35,755 nucleotides of DNA, taken from NCBI GenBank assembly GCA_964643665.1, contig CAZXTK010000002.1, positions 2,000 through 37,754 on the forward strand. The letters are read 5' to 3'. Below the pieces are notes generated by a model. The model ran no database searches and had not been told where the DNA came from. It saw only the letters and a list, made by a program, of their open reading frames with translations. The position numbers and the translations under genes are program-made. How positions within the stretch are numbered: the first letter of the stretch is position 1; each line of letters starts with the position of its first letter. Shown here piece by piece: positions 8,235 through 17,946 of the stretch. The stretch is from an uncultured Campylobacterales bacterium (GTDB taxonomy: Bacteria > Campylobacterota > Campylobacteria > Campylobacterales > CAZXTK01).

Positions 8235-8622
8235 TTTTACCTGTTTTATTTTTGATTTTTTGTATTTTCATTTTTAGCTCTTGCTCATTAGTAAAAGATA
8301 TATTGCTTTTTGAATTTGCATAAGCATCTTTAGCATCTATATATCCACTATCTTTTATAACATCTTTGTCCATATAGCCTTTGTTGTCGCAATTTTCTAA
8401 CTCTTTTGATAATCGTTTATAGGCCTTATAAACATTTAAAATAGCTGCTAACACACCAAGAACAATACCTCCAAACAACATATAAACAGAGCCTGTAAGT
8501 TTTTGTAGCCATACACCAAGAGCTACCCCAATAGCAATGGCAACAACCATTGAAATACCAAGAGAGAGATTATCCAACCCTTGCAATGTTTGTTTAGAAT
8601 TTATGCTTTTTTTATTGCTCAT
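8227..8622 (-). CDS. AtpZ/AtpI family protein (putative F0F1-ATPase-associated two-TM protein) with an extended C-terminal tail
   Basis: LSLGISMVVAIAIGVALGVWLQKLTGSVYMLFGGIVLGVLAAILNVYKAYKRL matches the ATPase_gene1 (AtpZ) hairpin pattern as I remember it. Confidence 0.65.
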   Translation of the reverse strand: MSNKKSINSKQTLQGLDNLSLGISMVVAIAIGVALGVWLQKLTGSVYMLFGGIVLGVLAAILNVYKAYKRLSKELENCDNKGYMDKDVIKDSGYIDAKDAYANSKSNISFTNEQELKMKIQKIKNKTGKNE

Positions 8623-8640
8623 TTATTTAGTTTTAGATAT

Positions 8641-9921
8641 TTATTTTAATTTAGACATTATATTTTTAGTCGCATCAATACAAGCATCAAGCTCTTCATA
8701 AGTCATTTTAGCATTTATAAAACCACTCTCATACATTGAAGGTGCAAAATAAAAGCCTCTTTTTAACATATAATTAAAAAACTCTACAAAATGCTTTTCA
8801 TTGCCTTTTGCTACATCATCTATATTTTTTGGTAATTTTTTTGCAAAAAACATACCAAACATTGAGCCTCTTACATTAAAGCAAAAATCAATTCCCATAA
8901 TATCTGCTACTTTTTTAATACCACCCATAAGATATTCTGCTTTTTCTTCTAATACATTATAAAAGTTTTCATCTTGTGATATTTTTTGCAATGTTGCCAA
9001 GCCAGCTTCCATGGCTATTGGGTTTCCGCTAAGTGTTCCTGCTTGATACACTCCACCAATAGGGCTTAGATAATCCATAATCTCTGCTTTTGCACCAAAT
9101 GCACCAACAGGCATACCCCCGCCTATAACTTTGCCAAATGTAACAATATCTGGTGTAATTCCAACAAGACCATATGCACCTTTTAGCGATGCTCTAAACC
9201 CGCTCATAACCTCATCAAAAATCAAAAGGGTATCGTGTTTGTTGCACAATTCTTTGATGGCTTTTAAAAACTTCATATCAGCAGGCACAAGCCCCATATT
9301 ACCAGCTATTGGCTCTATTATCACACAAGCAATATCGCCTACTTTAAAAACTTCTTTTAGCTCATCTATGTCGTTATATTGACAAAGCAATGTGTTTTTT
9401 GTGGTATTTTTTGGCACACCCAAAGATGATGGTTTAGAGTGAGTTGCTAACCCAGAGCCTGCCTTTACAAGTAAAGCATCGCTATGTCCGTGATAGCATC
9501 CGTTAAATTTGATAATATTATCTTTGCCCGTATATCCTCTAGCTAATCTTATAGCACTCATTGTTGCCTCTGTTCCAGAGCTTACAAATCTAACTTTGTC
9601 TATGCAGTCATAAATAGAGATTATTTTTTTTGCTAATTTTGTCTCTACCCTTGTTGGTGCGCCATAGCTTAGCCCTTTTGCTAGTTGTTTGACAATTGCA
9701 TTATTAACATCTCCATCTGAGTGCCCCAAAATCATAGGCCCCCAGCTTCCAACAAAATCTAAATATTTATTTCCATCAATATCATATACATAAGAGCCAG
9801 ATGCACTTTTTATAAATAAAGGCTCTCCTCCAACACTTGCGAACGATCTAACAGGCGAATTTACACCACCTGCGATATAACTTTTTGCCTTTTTAAACTC
9901 TTTTTGACTTTTTTCAATCAT
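8641..9921 (-). CDS. hemL: glutamate-1-semialdehyde 2,1-aminomutase
   Basis: IAGGVNSPVRSF, YLDFVGSWGPMILGH, FVSSGTEATMSAIRLARG, LIFDEVMSGFR and FGKVIGGG (PLP lysine) motifs. Confidence 0.95.
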   Translation of the reverse strand: MIEKSQKEFKKAKSYIAGGVNSPVRSFASVGGEPLFIKSASGSYVYDIDGNKYLDFVGSWGPMILGHSDGDVNNAIVKQLAKGLSYGAPTRVETKLAKKIISIYDCIDKVRFVSSGTEATMSAIRLARGYTGKDNIIKFNGCYHGHSDALLVKAGSGLATHSKPSSLGVPKNTTKNTLLCQYNDIDELKEVFKVGDIACVIIEPIAGNMGLVPADMKFLKAIKELCNKHDTLLIFDEVMSGFRASLKGAYGLVGITPDIVTFGKVIGGGMPVGAFGAKAEIMDYLSPIGGVYQAGTLSGNPIAMEAGLATLQKISQDENFYNVLEEKAEYLMGGIKKVADIMGIDFCFNVRGSMFGMFFAKKLPKNIDDVAKGNEKHFVEFFNYMLKRGFYFAPSMYESGFINAKMTYEELDACIDATKNIMSKLK

Positions 9922-9930
9922 TTTATTCTC

Positions 9931-10203
9931 CTATATCATTATATTTTTTATAAGCTCTTCTAAAAATATAATAACAAATATTACAATAAGTGGAGCTAAA
10001 TCCATATTGGCAAATATTGTGTTAATGTATTTTCTTATATATGCATACACTGGGTTTGTAAGAGAGTATAGAAAATTAACTATCGGATTATGTGGGCTTA
10101 CATTAAACCAAGATAACAAAGAAGATATAATTACAATCCATTTATAAAAAACCAGTATTGAGGATACCACCACAAACAAAGAATGAATAATCGCATCTAA
10201 CAT
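9931..10203 (-). CDS. yggT: YggT family membrane protein
   Basis: 90 aa, two TM helices, IVIISSLLSWF...NP motif and DLAPLIVI typical of YggT/Ycf19. Overlaps the gltX stop by 7 nt. Confidence 0.75.
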   Translation of the reverse strand: MLDAIIHSLFVVVSSILVFYKWIVIISSLLSWFNVSPHNPIVNFLYSLTNPVYAYIRKYINTIFANMDLAPLIVIFVIIFLEELIKNIMI

Positions 10204-11552
10204 AGTATATCCTTTAAGTGCTTTTTAATAAGTGGGAAAACTTCACTTAAATTTGGTCCATTAAGAGCATTTGTCAAAATATATCTAAGTGGCTTTAATA
10301 AATTTTTACCTTTGAATTGACTCTTTTCTTGCAAATAATTCTTAACATCATTAAAGCTATCTAACATAATTTTGCCGTTGTCTTTGTGTATAAAAAAATC
10401 ATTACTCGCAAGCTCTTTTATAAGAGATAATAAAACTTTATATTCGCTTTTAAATTCTTCTATTTCTTGCATCTCTTTTCGTGATTTAAAATACAAATCA
10501 ATTTTTGCTTTTAGCTCGTTTAATGTATTGCTCTCTTCAAGATATATTTTTGCTAATTTGCCTATATTTTCATCTTGATACCCAATAAGGCTTGATAGTT
10601 TTAGATCATCTAATTTTTTTATATGCTCGTTGTTTATAAATTCTAATTTTTTTATATCAAATTTTGCATTTGAGGTTGATATTTTAGATACATCATAAAA
10701 CTCTATTGCCTCTTGCAGGGTAAAAATCTCGCCCTTATCTTTTGTGTTATAGCCTAAAAGCAATAAATAATTAGCAATTGCACTTGGCAAAAAGCCTTGT
10801 TTTAACAAAAAATCAACAGATGAGTTGTTCTCTCTTTTTGATAGTTTTTTATTTGTAGTGGCATCTATAATCATAGGTATATGAATATATTGTATTTTTT
10901 TATCATATCCTAATGATTGGTGAATATGTATTTGTTTGGGGGTATTGCTTAGATGATCTTCACCTCTTATTATTGTATCTATATCATAAATCATATCATC
11001 AATTGCACAAGCAAAATTATAAGTTGGGGTTTTATCTACTCTTAAAATAATAAAACTATCAATATCATAAGGTTTTATACTAAAATTACCCTTGATTATA
11101 TCTTTAAATTCAATATTATTAGATGGCTTTTTAATTCTCACACTAAATGGGTTTTCATTCTCTAAATTATCCAAAGCAGACAAACTCTCACAAGCACCAC
11201 TATATCTATAAGGCTTTTTAAGCTCTTTTGCTTTTTGCTTATCTTGCTCTAAAACCTCGTTAGAGCAAAAACAATTAAATGCTTTTTTATTATCTAACAA
11301 TTTAAAAGCCATACTTTGATGTATTTTTAGATTATTGCTTTGATATACCACATCGTCATATGCAATCTCAAATAAATTTAAAAGCTCTAAAATATTTTTA
11401 TCCATACCTTCTATATTTCTTTTAGAGTCCGTATCTTCTATTCTTATCAAAAACTTTTTGTTGTTTTGTTTGGCTTGTATATAGTTTAAAAGTGCAACTC
11501 TTATGTTGCCAATATGCATATTGCCCGTTGGGCTTGGAGCGAACCTTAACAT
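10197..11552 (-). CDS. gltX: glutamate--tRNA ligase (one of the GluRS paralogues usual in this phylum)
   Basis: MLRFAPSPTGNMHIGNIR (HIGH-type motif), RIEDTD, IIRGEDHLSNTPKQI and KLSKR (KMSKS). Confidence 0.93.
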   Translation of the reverse strand: MLRFAPSPTGNMHIGNIRVALLNYIQAKQNNKKFLIRIEDTDSKRNIEGMDKNILELLNLFEIAYDDVVYQSNNLKIHQSMAFKLLDNKKAFNCFCSNEVLEQDKQKAKELKKPYRYSGACESLSALDNLENENPFSVRIKKPSNNIEFKDIIKGNFSIKPYDIDSFIILRVDKTPTYNFACAIDDMIYDIDTIIRGEDHLSNTPKQIHIHQSLGYDKKIQYIHIPMIIDATTNKKLSKRENNSSVDFLLKQGFLPSAIANYLLLLGYNTKDKGEIFTLQEAIEFYDVSKISTSNAKFDIKKLEFINNEHIKKLDDLKLSSLIGYQDENIGKLAKIYLEESNTLNELKAKIDLYFKSRKEMQEIEEFKSEYKVLLSLIKELASNDFFIHKDNGKIMLDSFNDVKNYLQEKSQFKGKNLLKPLRYILTNALNGPNLSEVFPLIKKHLKDILC

Positions 11553-11559
11553 TTATATA

Positions 11560-12297
11560 CTAAAATTGCCATAATACGCCGTAGTATATGCCACTCATTA
11601 TAAATTCTGAACTAATATCATGCACTTTTGTAAGTGTAAAAGAATAATGTCTATAGCCCAAAACACCACCTATTCCAAGCGGCTTGTAAACATATTGTAA
11701 TGCCAAATTATAATCTATTATTTTATGGTCACTTGCAGTAATAGCTATAATCTCAGCTTGTGCTGTAACTGGGGTATATGGTATGGTAATTCCTGTATCT
11801 ACATAAATTATTGGAAAAACATTTTCTATTAAAAGCTCATAATTATTTTTGCTATTATCATCAATTCTTACATAACCATTATAACTTCTAAATCCAAGCC
11901 CCGCATTAAATTTAGCACTATCTTCTATAATTCTGTAATAAAAAATATTATCAAGATAGCCCAAATTTATCTCTGCTGTTTTATCAAAAACAAATGGTTT
12001 AGTAGCCCAAGTGAAATTAGCAATAGGCGCACCAACAGAAGTGATATAAGTTAAAGTTGCTTTATAATTAGGGGCAATAGGTATAGGATGATCAAATAAA
12101 AACCAATAACTAAGCATATTTGGCGAATTTAAGCCTAATGTATCTTCATCAATAAAATCATCAGGGCCATAATTATTATGATATTGTAATGAGGTTTGAA
12201 AATTAGTTTGCATTGTTTTAAACCCTACTTCAAAACCTATGGGCTCCGCTTTTAAAATGCCACATATAATAACACCTATTAGTATTATTTTTTTCAT
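11560..12297 (-). CDS. outer-membrane beta-barrel protein, family not assigned
   Basis: Signal peptide MKKIILIGVIICGILKA, alternating beta-strand pattern, C-terminus YYGVLWQF ending in Phe. Confidence 0.65.
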   Translation of the reverse strand: MKKIILIGVIICGILKAEPIGFEVGFKTMQTNFQTSLQYHNNYGPDDFIDEDTLGLNSPNMLSYWFLFDHPIPIAPNYKATLTYITSVGAPIANFTWATKPFVFDKTAEINLGYLDNIFYYRIIEDSAKFNAGLGFRSYNGYVRIDDNSKNNYELLIENVFPIIYVDTGITIPYTPVTAQAEIIAITASDHKIIDYNLALQYVYKPLGIGGVLGYRHYSFTLTKVHDISSEFIMSGIYYGVLWQF

Positions 12298-12350
12298 TAT
12301 ATTTTCCTCATACTAAATTATAAAATTTTATCAAAAAAACTATTTATTTG

Positions 12351-13643
12351 CTATTTTTTAACTACCAAAGAAAAACTAATGTTTTTAATCTCTTTATGAT
12401 TTTTAATAAAATTATTCATCTGCTCTAATGTAATATTATTTATTAGCCCTACCCTTGTGTTAGCATAATCTAAATCTAAACCTCTAATATAAAACCCATA
12501 AGCTCTACCAACCCTATCAGATAAAAGCTCATTTTTTAGTGGCTCGCTACCTAATATATAATCTTTTGCTTTTTTTAGCTCACTTTTAGTTATACCTTTA
12601 TTCACAAAATCATTTACTATTTTTTTGATTGTTTGCATTGAAACATCTGCTTTGTCTAAATCGCATTTCATATATCCGACAAAAGAGCTAGAAGTTGCAG
12701 AGTTTGTGTAATATGCATAAATACCATAAGATAGCCCTCTTTTTACTCTAATCTCTTCCATAAGCCTGCTACCAAACCCATTGCTACCTATCACAAAACC
12801 AGCTATTTGTGCTTTGTAATCTTCTTCCACTTTCCCATAATATGGTGCTTCAAAATAAATAAATGCCTGTGTTGTGTCTTTTTTGGTGATTTTAATTTTT
12901 GGCTTTTTTATAGGATACACTTTTGTAATTTTTGGCTTTGGTGATTGTTTTAAGCTTGAAAGCGCATAATTTAAATATTTACTTAAATCATCAAGCTTTA
13001 TATCACCACTAGCAACTACCATTAAACTATCAGCACTAAGAGTATGTGAGAGTTTGTCTTTTATGTCTTTTAGTGTTATTTTTTGGATATCTTCAATCTC
13101 GCCACTTGGCATATGCTCTAAATATGTATTTTTATACACAAGTTTTTTTAGCTCTCTTTGCGCTATATAATCAAAATCATCTTCTTTTGCTCTTAGTTTA
13201 CCAATTTGAATAGATTTTATTTTTTTTAGAATTTTCTCATCGTAATTTATGTTTTCTAATAATTCTTTTAAAAGATCAAATGCCTTATCTTTACTATTAG
13301 TTAAAAATTGCAAATTTATAGCAAAATAATCTCGTCCAAAATAGCTATTTAGGCTTATTGCTTCATTTTCCAACATTTTAGCAAACTTCTCACTACCACT
13401 TTTTTTACTCCCTTCGTTTAAAAGTGCAGATGAAAGTGAAGTGAGTGATATTTTTTTATCGCTCAAATATCCATTATTTTGAAACATCAAATTAATAGTT
13501 ATAATTGGCCTATTACTATTGTGCTCATAAATTACATCAACTTTTTTTGTTTTGGTTTTTAGCTCTATATGCTCCAAAGTAGCACCCATCATAACCTCCG
13601 TTAGAATAATTAAACTCAATATGTATTTTTGTATTATCTTCAT
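12351..13643 (-). CDS. M16 (pitrilysin/insulinase) family peptidase homologue lacking the HxxEH zinc motif, with signal peptide
   Basis: Two-domain M16 layout with RLMEEIRVKRGLSYGIYAY in the second half. The position aligned to HxxEH reads SLSSALLNEGSKKSG, and no HxxEH occurs anywhere in the 430 aa. Confidence 0.8.
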   Translation of the reverse strand: MKIIQKYILSLIILTEVMMGATLEHIELKTKTKKVDVIYEHNSNRPIITINLMFQNNGYLSDKKISLTSLSSALLNEGSKKSGSEKFAKMLENEAISLNSYFGRDYFAINLQFLTNSKDKAFDLLKELLENINYDEKILKKIKSIQIGKLRAKEDDFDYIAQRELKKLVYKNTYLEHMPSGEIEDIQKITLKDIKDKLSHTLSADSLMVVASGDIKLDDLSKYLNYALSSLKQSPKPKITKVYPIKKPKIKITKKDTTQAFIYFEAPYYGKVEEDYKAQIAGFVIGSNGFGSRLMEEIRVKRGLSYGIYAYYTNSATSSSFVGYMKCDLDKADVSMQTIKKIVNDFVNKGITKSELKKAKDYILGSEPLKNELLSDRVGRAYGFYIRGLDLDYANTRVGLINNITLEQMNNFIKNHKEIKNISFSLVVKK

Positions 13644-13654
13644 TTTTTCACCTA

Positions 13655-14719
13655 TTAAAAGCTCTCAATAATCTCATAAGCTGTATTTCTTTTTGCGGGG
13701 TTTTCGCCTATGTCTTTTATGAGCTTTATCATCTCTTGCTGATTCATAGAATTACTAACCCCTGCACTTGCTACGACATTTTCTTCAAGCATAGTTCCGC
13801 CCAAATCATTTGCACCATACTTTAATGCCAATTGCCCAATATATGAGCCCTGAGTTACCCATGAGCTTTGTATGTTTTTAATATTGTCTAAATACATTCT
13901 TGCAACTGCTAATAATCTTAGGTATCTATTTGAGCTTTGCTTTGTGAGTGTTGGGATTTGCTCTTTTAGCTTTGTATAATCGCTCTGAAAAGACCACATA
14001 ATAAAAGCTCTAAAACCGCCTGTAACGTCTTGCAAGTTTCGTATTCTCTCCAAATGCTCAATAATATCTTCATCGCTCTCTACTGTTCCAAACATCATAG
14101 TGGCTGTTGATTTAATGCCAAGCTGATGTGCTTTTTTATGTATATCTATCCACACATCGCTGTCTATTTTTCGTGGTGCTATTATATCTCTTACTTTATC
14201 GCTAAGTATTTCTGCACCAGCGCCTGGTATTGAGCTTAGACCTTTTTGTTTTAATCGCTCTAAAACCTCATCTATTGATATTTTAGAAACCTTGGCAATG
14301 TAGTTTATCTCAATTGCGCTAAATCCGTGTATTGTTATGCTTGGGTATTTTGTATGAATATGCTCTATCAAATTTTCATAAAAGTCTATTTTTAATTTAG
14401 GGTGAACCCCCCCTTGAAACAAAATTTGAGTTCCACCAATTTCTAAAAGCTCATCTATTTTGGCATCTATTTCATCGTAGGTTAATATATAGGCGTCATT
14501 GTCTTTTTCATGTCTGTAAAATGCACAAAATTTACAATCAACCCAGCATATATTTGTGTAGTTTATATTTCTATCTACTACAAAAGTTGTTATTTTTTTA
14601 GGGTGAAGTTTTAATTTAACATCACTTGCCATCTTAGATAAATTTACTAAGCTCTCGTTTTTTAACAGCTCTAATGCTTGTTTATTGGTTAATCTATTCA
14701 TTTTATTTATTATATCCAA
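13655..14719 (-). CDS. mqnC: futalosine-pathway radical SAM enzyme, most likely cyclic dehypoxanthinyl futalosine synthase MqnC (MqnE not excluded)
   Basis: FVVDRNINYTNICWVDCKFCAFYR CxxxCxxC cluster, ILFQGGVHP, GAGAEIL and ANDLGGTMLEENV of the CofH/MqnC/MqnE group. The MqnC versus MqnE choice rests on my recollection of the VDRNINYTN block. Confidence 0.7.
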   Translation of the reverse strand: MDIINKMNRLTNKQALELLKNESLVNLSKMASDVKLKLHPKKITTFVVDRNINYTNICWVDCKFCAFYRHEKDNDAYILTYDEIDAKIDELLEIGGTQILFQGGVHPKLKIDFYENLIEHIHTKYPSITIHGFSAIEINYIAKVSKISIDEVLERLKQKGLSSIPGAGAEILSDKVRDIIAPRKIDSDVWIDIHKKAHQLGIKSTATMMFGTVESDEDIIEHLERIRNLQDVTGGFRAFIMWSFQSDYTKLKEQIPTLTKQSSNRYLRLLAVARMYLDNIKNIQSSWVTQGSYIGQLALKYGANDLGGTMLEENVVASAGVSNSMNQQEMIKLIKDIGENPAKRNTAYEIIESF

Positions 14720-14726
14720 GTGCTAT

Positions 14727-16955
14727 TTAATAGCCTATATCAAAACTAAAACTCTCTTGATATTTTGCATCTTTATTGCCAATTGCATTGCCAAAAATAA
14801 AGTTTATTGGTCCAATAGGTGATCTCCAAGATATATTAATACCATAGCTTTTTGCTTCAATATCCATACTATCCCAACTCTCATCACCAATCACACCATA
14901 ATCATAAAAAAACTGCACTCGCATACCAATCTTTGGGATAAGTGGAAAGTTTAACTCTGCACTTTGATAAAAGTTTTTTGTAAATCTATCATCGCTACCA
15001 AATGCTTGTTTTATATATCCTCTAACACTTTTTGGACCACCCAAATATAATCTTGGGTATATTCCTTTGCCTTTGTTTATAGCATTTATTTTTGCTTTAT
15101 ATTGCAAAATCAAATCATAATTAATCATATCCTTAAAACCATAAAATGTAGAAAAATACCCATGATTGTAAATATAAGAAACATCTCCGCCAACACCAGC
15201 TATTTTTATACTTGCACCTGTTTTTATTCCACTTCTAGGGGTATAATAATCATCTGTATTATCAAAATCAATATAAGGCTTAATGGCACTCACCTCATAA
15301 GTCGCGTTATTTTGCATACCAAATTCAGTTACATTTTCTGTGGTTTTTTTAAGCTCATAAGAATAAACACCACCTGCATTTAAATGCCTACCAATAGCCC
15401 TTCCAGCACCTACACTAACACCCGATACATAATCTACTTCATCTGTTGTTCTATCTTGTGTTCGTGTATTATAAACTCTAAAACTGCCACTATATACACT
15501 ATCTCTAATGCTAGGATTAGATAAAGAAAAAACAAGTTTTCTTGTTATTTTAGAATAAGTAGTAGATAATGCTGTATTTATTCCAGAGCCTAAAAAGTTG
15601 CCATCAGATACTTCTGCACTAAAAAACAAACCATCTGTGTTGCCATATCCTCCACTTCCTTTTAAACTACCTGTTCTTGCCTCTACCACCTCTACTAATA
15701 AATTAGCTTTTGTTTGGCTTACTTTTTGAGGTGTTATTTTTACATCACTAAAATACCCACTTCTTTTTAGCTTATGTATAGACTCTATTAGCTCGCTTTT
15801 ATCAAATAAATCGCCAGATGCTAAATAAACCCACCTTCTAATAACGCTATCTAGAGTTTTTGTATTGCCTTTAATTATTACATCATTTATATACACTCTT
15901 TGATGTGCAAAAAGCTTATAAACAATTTCAACTTCATTGTTTGATTCATCTTTGTTTAAATCATATTGAACATCAGCATAAATATAACCTCTTGTAGCTA
16001 CAATGTCCTTTATAGCTTCAATATCCGCTCTCATATTGTCTATATTAAACTTTTTTTTAGCTTTTAGTGAGAGTTTAAAATCGCCTAGGATATCTTCAAA
16101 TAAATCTTTATCGTAACTAAATACAACATTGCTAACCTTATATTGTTTATTTGCTTGAATGTCATAACTTAACGATACCTCAAAAGTAGAAAAATCTACA
16201 ACACCAAAAGAACTTTTTATTTGGGCATCTAAATAGCCATTTTGTCTATACAAATTTAATATCTGATACTCATCTTTTGGCAAATATGCTGCTTTTAAAA
16301 CACCATCATTTTGCCCAAAAAACCAAGGGAATAAATCTTGCTCTTTATTTGCTACAACATCTTCAATATCTAACAAGGCGCTTTTATTGTCTATATTGTA
16401 ATTTATTTTTTTGATTTTAATCTCATATCCTCTATTGATATTAAAAGTTATATCATAGCCTATGTTTTGTATCAATTTTATATCTACATCTACAACACTA
16501 TCATAATAACCTTCGCTTCTAAGAACTGCTTGTAATATCTCTTTGGCTTTTTGTATTTTACTCTCATCATACAAACTACCTTTTTTGATATTTATAATCT
16601 CAAATAGCTTATCTTTTTCATCTTGTTTTGTTTTGTATCCTTTTAGCTCAACGTTAACAATGGAATATTTTTCATCAAAAATAAAAACAATTGCATCTTT
16701 ATTGTCATCTTTTATTGCAGTGATATTTGTAAAATAACCTAATTTATATAATCTCTTAATGGCATTATTTATGTCTTCATAAGTGTAGGGCTTGTCTAAT
16801 TGCATAGTTTGCTTTGCGGCTACTGGGCTTAATATTGTTAGATTTTGAAACTCAACACTTAAAGCTTCTATATTATTAGCATTTAGATTGCCAATAAATA
16901 AAAATAAAACATACAATATGATTTTGCACAATAATAAAGATAGTTTTTTGCTCAA
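14727..16955 (-). CDS. bamA: outer membrane protein assembly factor BamA
   Basis: 742 aa, signal peptide, repeated POTRA-like modules (e.g. KINYNIDNKSALLDIEDV, INDVIIKGNTKT), C-terminal Omp85 barrel ending SFSFDIGY. Confidence 0.93.
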   Translation of the reverse strand: MSKKLSLLLCKIILYVLFLFIGNLNANNIEALSVEFQNLTILSPVAAKQTMQLDKPYTYEDINNAIKRLYKLGYFTNITAIKDDNKDAIVFIFDEKYSIVNVELKGYKTKQDEKDKLFEIINIKKGSLYDESKIQKAKEILQAVLRSEGYYDSVVDVDIKLIQNIGYDITFNINRGYEIKIKKINYNIDNKSALLDIEDVVANKEQDLFPWFFGQNDGVLKAAYLPKDEYQILNLYRQNGYLDAQIKSSFGVVDFSTFEVSLSYDIQANKQYKVSNVVFSYDKDLFEDILGDFKLSLKAKKKFNIDNMRADIEAIKDIVATRGYIYADVQYDLNKDESNNEVEIVYKLFAHQRVYINDVIIKGNTKTLDSVIRRWVYLASGDLFDKSELIESIHKLKRSGYFSDVKITPQKVSQTKANLLVEVVEARTGSLKGSGGYGNTDGLFFSAEVSDGNFLGSGINTALSTTYSKITRKLVFSLSNPSIRDSVYSGSFRVYNTRTQDRTTDEVDYVSGVSVGAGRAIGRHLNAGGVYSYELKKTTENVTEFGMQNNATYEVSAIKPYIDFDNTDDYYTPRSGIKTGASIKIAGVGGDVSYIYNHGYFSTFYGFKDMINYDLILQYKAKINAINKGKGIYPRLYLGGPKSVRGYIKQAFGSDDRFTKNFYQSAELNFPLIPKIGMRVQFFYDYGVIGDESWDSMDIEAKSYGINISWRSPIGPINFIFGNAIGNKDAKYQESFSFDIGY

Positions 16956-17061
16956 TATCAGCCCTAATTTATAAATTAATACTTATTTTATCTAAAATAT
17001 ACTTATTAATTTTGTGATATAAAATGATACAATACTTAAAAGTAAAACATTAGGGGTTTAT

Positions 17062-17904
17062 ATGAAAATAGGAGTTGTTGGGGTTGGTCTAATGGGTGGC
17101 TCTTTGTGCAAAACACTTCTTAATACTTATACAGATTGTATAATTTATGGTGTAGATACCAATAAACAAAATATACAAGATGCCTTAAAAATAGGGCTGA
17201 TTTCTAAAATTGCAAGCATTGATGAATTAGTTAAAAAAGATTTAGACTATATATTTTTATGCATAAGTGCAAGTGGTGTTATATCGCTTATGAACACTTT
17301 AAAAAATACACAAAAGAAAACAACCATAATAGATTTTGCGAGCACAAAAGAAAAAATATCTAAAAAAATCCCTAAAAAACTAAAATCTAACTTTGTATTA
17401 GCTCATCCAATGTGTGGAACAGAAAAAAGTGGTGCAAAAAATGCAATAGATGGTTTATACGCCAATAATATAGCAATAATATGTGATAAAAATAATTACC
17501 AAAAAATACATTTACAAAAAGCCAATATGATTTTTAGAGATATGAAAATGAAAATTTTTTATATGAAGTCAAAAACTCACGACAAACATATAGCAGATAT
17601 ATCGCATATGCCTCATGTTCTCTCTTATGCGCTTTCAAGGAGTGTAATTGCCAAAAAAGAGCCTAAGACAATACTAAGACTCTCTGGTGGTGGATTCAAA
17701 GATATGAGCAGAATTGCAAAAAGTAGCCCTGATATGTGGATAGATATATTTTGTGAAAATTCTAAAAATGTATTAAAATCTATTAAATGCGTCCAAAAAG
17801 AAATTAAAGCATTTAAAAAAATATTAAAAAGCAAAAACCCAAACAAAAATGAGTTAAAAAAATGGATAAAAGGTGCAAACAAATTGCACTCTATTTTAGA
17901 TTAG
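17062..17904 (+). CDS. tyrA: prephenate dehydrogenase
   Basis: MKIGVVGVGLMGGS Rossmann N-terminus, AHPMCGTEKSG, HDKHIADISHMPHVLSYAL and FKDMSRIAKSSPDMW motifs. GGGG SD. Confidence 0.85.
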   Translation: MKIGVVGVGLMGGSLCKTLLNTYTDCIIYGVDTNKQNIQDALKIGLISKIASIDELVKKDLDYIFLCISASGVISLMNTLKNTQKKTTIIDFASTKEKISKKIPKKLKSNFVLAHPMCGTEKSGAKNAIDGLYANNIAIICDKNNYQKIHLQKANMIFRDMKMKIFYMKSKTHDKHIADISHMPHVLSYALSRSVIAKKEPKTILRLSGGGFKDMSRIAKSSPDMWIDIFCENSKNVLKSIKCVQKEIKAFKKILKSKNPNKNELKKWIKGANKLHSILD

Positions 17905-17946
17905 CTTAAATCAACAAATATGCATTTGCAAAAATAAATTAAATTT

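Noticed and set aside
14407-14413. C7 (G7 on the coding strand) homopolymer inside the mqn radical SAM gene, considered as a phase-variation tract.
   Set aside because: Seven residues is shorter than the tracts of about 8 or more typical of phase-variable Campylobacter and Helicobacter genes. It encodes the conserved QGGVHP block of a menaquinone biosynthesis enzyme, where switching off would be deleterious.
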